The notes under the pieces: generated by a model
The model's input: the letters and a program-made list of their open reading frames with translations, nothing else
What the model was told of the DNA's origin: nothing
Databases searched by the model: none
Virus record (IMG/VR): IMGVR_UViG_3300020576_002361
Location: 14,976-78,975 of that record
Source of the DNA: a virus
Taxonomy: Duplodnaviria; Caudoviricetes
DNA length: 64,000 nucleotides
Strand: one strand, 5' to 3'
In this document: one piece after another, positions 62,317-64,000 of the stretch
Numbering within the stretch: the first letter of the stretch is position 1
Layout: each line of letters begins with the position of its first letter
Made by a program: the position numbers and the translations under genes

Positions 62317-63101
62317 AATTCACCATAATCAATGCGTCTTTCGTATATTGTTCCTGTAGCTCCTATAGATCCGGCTGTTGCTCCTCCCGTTACAGAGAAG
62401 ATGAGAGAAAGTGCTGTAGCACCAGTTGCTCCCAGTACTAAACTATCCATATCATACTGGTCGTAGAAGTTTACCTCGGACTGAGTAATAATCTTACTTG
62501 TTGTAGAAGGACCATATAGATGTACCTTAGCAACAAACTGTATACTTAATGTAAATGATTTGAACTGAGAGAAATCTTCTTCGTAGTCTTCAGATTTCTC
62601 TATTTTCAAAATAGAAATAGGTACATCTATCTTAGAATCTGGAGTTATTTCAGATAACGTAACATTAAAATCTGGACCAAAGTATGGCAATATTTGTTCT
62701 AGTATTTGTAGCGCGTCGTCTGTGTTCTTGGACACAATATGTAAAGTTATAAAGATATTATACGGAACTCTTTCCATTCGTTCATACATTGAAGTATTAG
62801 TAGATTGAACGGGGAATACAGACTTCTGTACGGTGTTTAGTTTTCTGGCTACATCATATTGAATATCTACAAACTCATATCCCATTCTGGGCAAATCCAT
62901 ACCAAACTGGCGAGATAAGTCAGGGTTTGAACTATCAGCTCTGATTACAAACTTCTGCTTTGGTCCATAAGCCAATGGTATTTTTATTCGTTCAAGTTCT
63001 TCACTCTGGGAGTTTCTTCTAGAAACATAGATATCATCAAATAGCGTGCCAAATGCTACGATAACTTTTCTGATTATACCGTGATAGAAGTAAGTTAACA
63101 T
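62313..63101 (-). CDS. 15: Tail terminator / sheath stabilizer gp15
   Basis: FYHGIIRKVIVAFGTLF, IKIPLAYGPKQKF, LPRMGYE, QILEQILPYF; G/A/T-rich C-terminal extension. Confidence 0.95.
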   Translation of the reverse strand: MLTYFYHGIIRKVIVAFGTLFDDIYVSRRNSQSEELERIKIPLAYGPKQKFVIRADSSNPDLSRQFGMDLPRMGYEFVDIQYDVARKLNTVQKSVFPVQSTNTSMYERMERVPYNIFITLHIVSKNTDDALQILEQILPYFGPDFNVTLSEITPDSKIDVPISILKIEKSEDYEEDFSQFKSFTLSIQFVAKVHLYGPSTTSKIITQSEVNFYDQYDMDSLVLGATGATALSLIFSVTGGATAGSIGATGTIYERRIDYGEL

Positions 63102-63961
63102 TAGAACTCCCCAAACGGATTATCTTCAGAGAAGTCCAGAATATCATCTGCTTCGCTTTGAATCTCAGCATTATCATCAGTCACGTCTATTGTATCGGAT
63201 ATAGCAGTGACTTCCATATAAGCAGTTGTACCTTGCGAGACATACCGAGTGATTGTACTGCTGGATGGTTGCCAGTTTCCTTTTACGTCCTCTATGGATA
63301 CTGTACTTCCATCGAATGCTTCTATTGTAGCAGAGGCATTTGCACCAGATAGTCCGGCTGTCGCAGATCCATTGGACCATTGATATACTTGTGAACCAAT
63401 CGCGAAGGTTCCAACGCCACCAGTGACAGACAGATATTTTCTATAGTCAACAGCTTCCACGAGGTTGTCGATCTCTGTTTCGCCGGTGGTAAAGACTTCT
63501 TCGCTGTAACGGAAGAGTTCGCAAGATAACTTGAATACATAGTTTTTGCCTAACTGATAAAATGGATATTCGTGTTCGACGAACTTTAGTTCGAAGAATC
63601 CTTTGGTTAATGGAAAGTAGATAATGTCGCCTTCCATCGGCCTTTCCATGTTTGTTTCTTTTTGAAACCTTTTCTTAGAAACTATAAAGGTAGCATTATC
63701 ATGAACTTCTAGACCAAACTTAGCCAGTATATCTCCAGACCCCTCAAAAGAGTTAGCTGTTTCTAAGTACATTTCTATTGGTCTGGCATCACCAAACAGA
63801 GATCTTGGATCTTCGCCAAACAACCAATCTTTATTCATCATCGTTCTAGGAAGATAAAAAACATCCATCCCTTTGATCTTGATACTTTCTATAACAAGAT
63901 CTTCTACGAGATTCTGTTCGTTATATTGCCTGATATGATTGAAATAATGGTTGGTTGACAT
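63101..63961 (-). CDS. 14: Neck protein gp14
   Basis: EQNLVEDLVIESIKI.G, YLPR, KFGLE, RPMEGDIIYFP, FYQLGK, LDFSEDNPFG. Confidence 0.96.
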   Translation of the reverse strand: MSTNHYFNHIRQYNEQNLVEDLVIESIKIKGMDVFYLPRTMMNKDWLFGEDPRSLFGDARPIEMYLETANSFEGSGDILAKFGLEVHDNATFIVSKKRFQKETNMERPMEGDIIYFPLTKGFFELKFVEHEYPFYQLGKNYVFKLSCELFRYSEEVFTTGETEIDNLVEAVDYRKYLSVTGGVGTFAIGSQVYQWSNGSATAGLSGANASATIEAFDGSTVSIEDVKGNWQPSSSTITRYVSQGTTAYMEVTAISDTIDVTDDNAEIQSEADDILDFSEDNPFGEF

Positions 63962-64000
63962 ATGAAGTATTTATGCTTTCTTCGGATCTATTGGATTTTC

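Noticed and set aside
6682-63540. Numerous 60-145-aa plus-strand or nested ORFs (e.g. 6776, 8815, 9165, 15328, 36958, 38709, 49541, 53943, 57530)
   Set aside because: They are antisense or alternate-frame shadows of well-supported genes, with no motifs or RBS.
1-64000. Genome-wide TAG recoding (genetic code 15)
   Set aside because: Core genes are intact under code 11, only one internal TAG was seen, and the peptide deformylase gene appears to end naturally in TAG (45123-45125).

Overview
This window is a 64-kb segment of a large, AT-rich T4-like myovirus genome. Almost all genes lie on the minus strand, and I saw no host chromosome, integrase or CRISPR array. From right to left it holds: the head/neck/tail/packaging core (gp14, 15, 16, 17, 18, 19, 20, 21, 22, 23); a Hef-like endonuclease and small accessory genes (NADAR-like protein, peptide deformylase); gp3, uvsY, uvsW, gp55, gp47 and gp46; three DNA methyltransferases and an HD nucleotidase; uvsX; a 16-kb, 19-gene glycan synthesis island; the gp41 helicase; a tRNA cluster; putative internal-head and virion proteins; a short plus-strand early block with three tRNAs; and a >1000-aa PKD-domain virion protein that runs off the left edge and is missing from the ORF track. 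Five features stand out. (1) There are two naturally split inteins, both inserted in Walker A motifs (GK|C...HN|S): one in gp17 with a free-standing endonuclease between the halves, and one in gp46 with an apparently ultra-short N-fragment. A third, contiguous HNH intein sits in the portal gene. (2) A G-x-T-[G/A] motif recurs across virion proteins and coincides with the glycosylation island, suggesting phage-encoded virion O-glycosylation (inference). (3) A 103-nt tRNA-shaped RNA has its anticodon loop replaced by a 37-nt structured insert. (4) A single in-frame amber codon interrupts a GT4 gene. (5) A promoter-driven, structured non-coding ~290-nt interval lies upstream of gp55. All family assignments come from motif recognition by eye, not from database searches.
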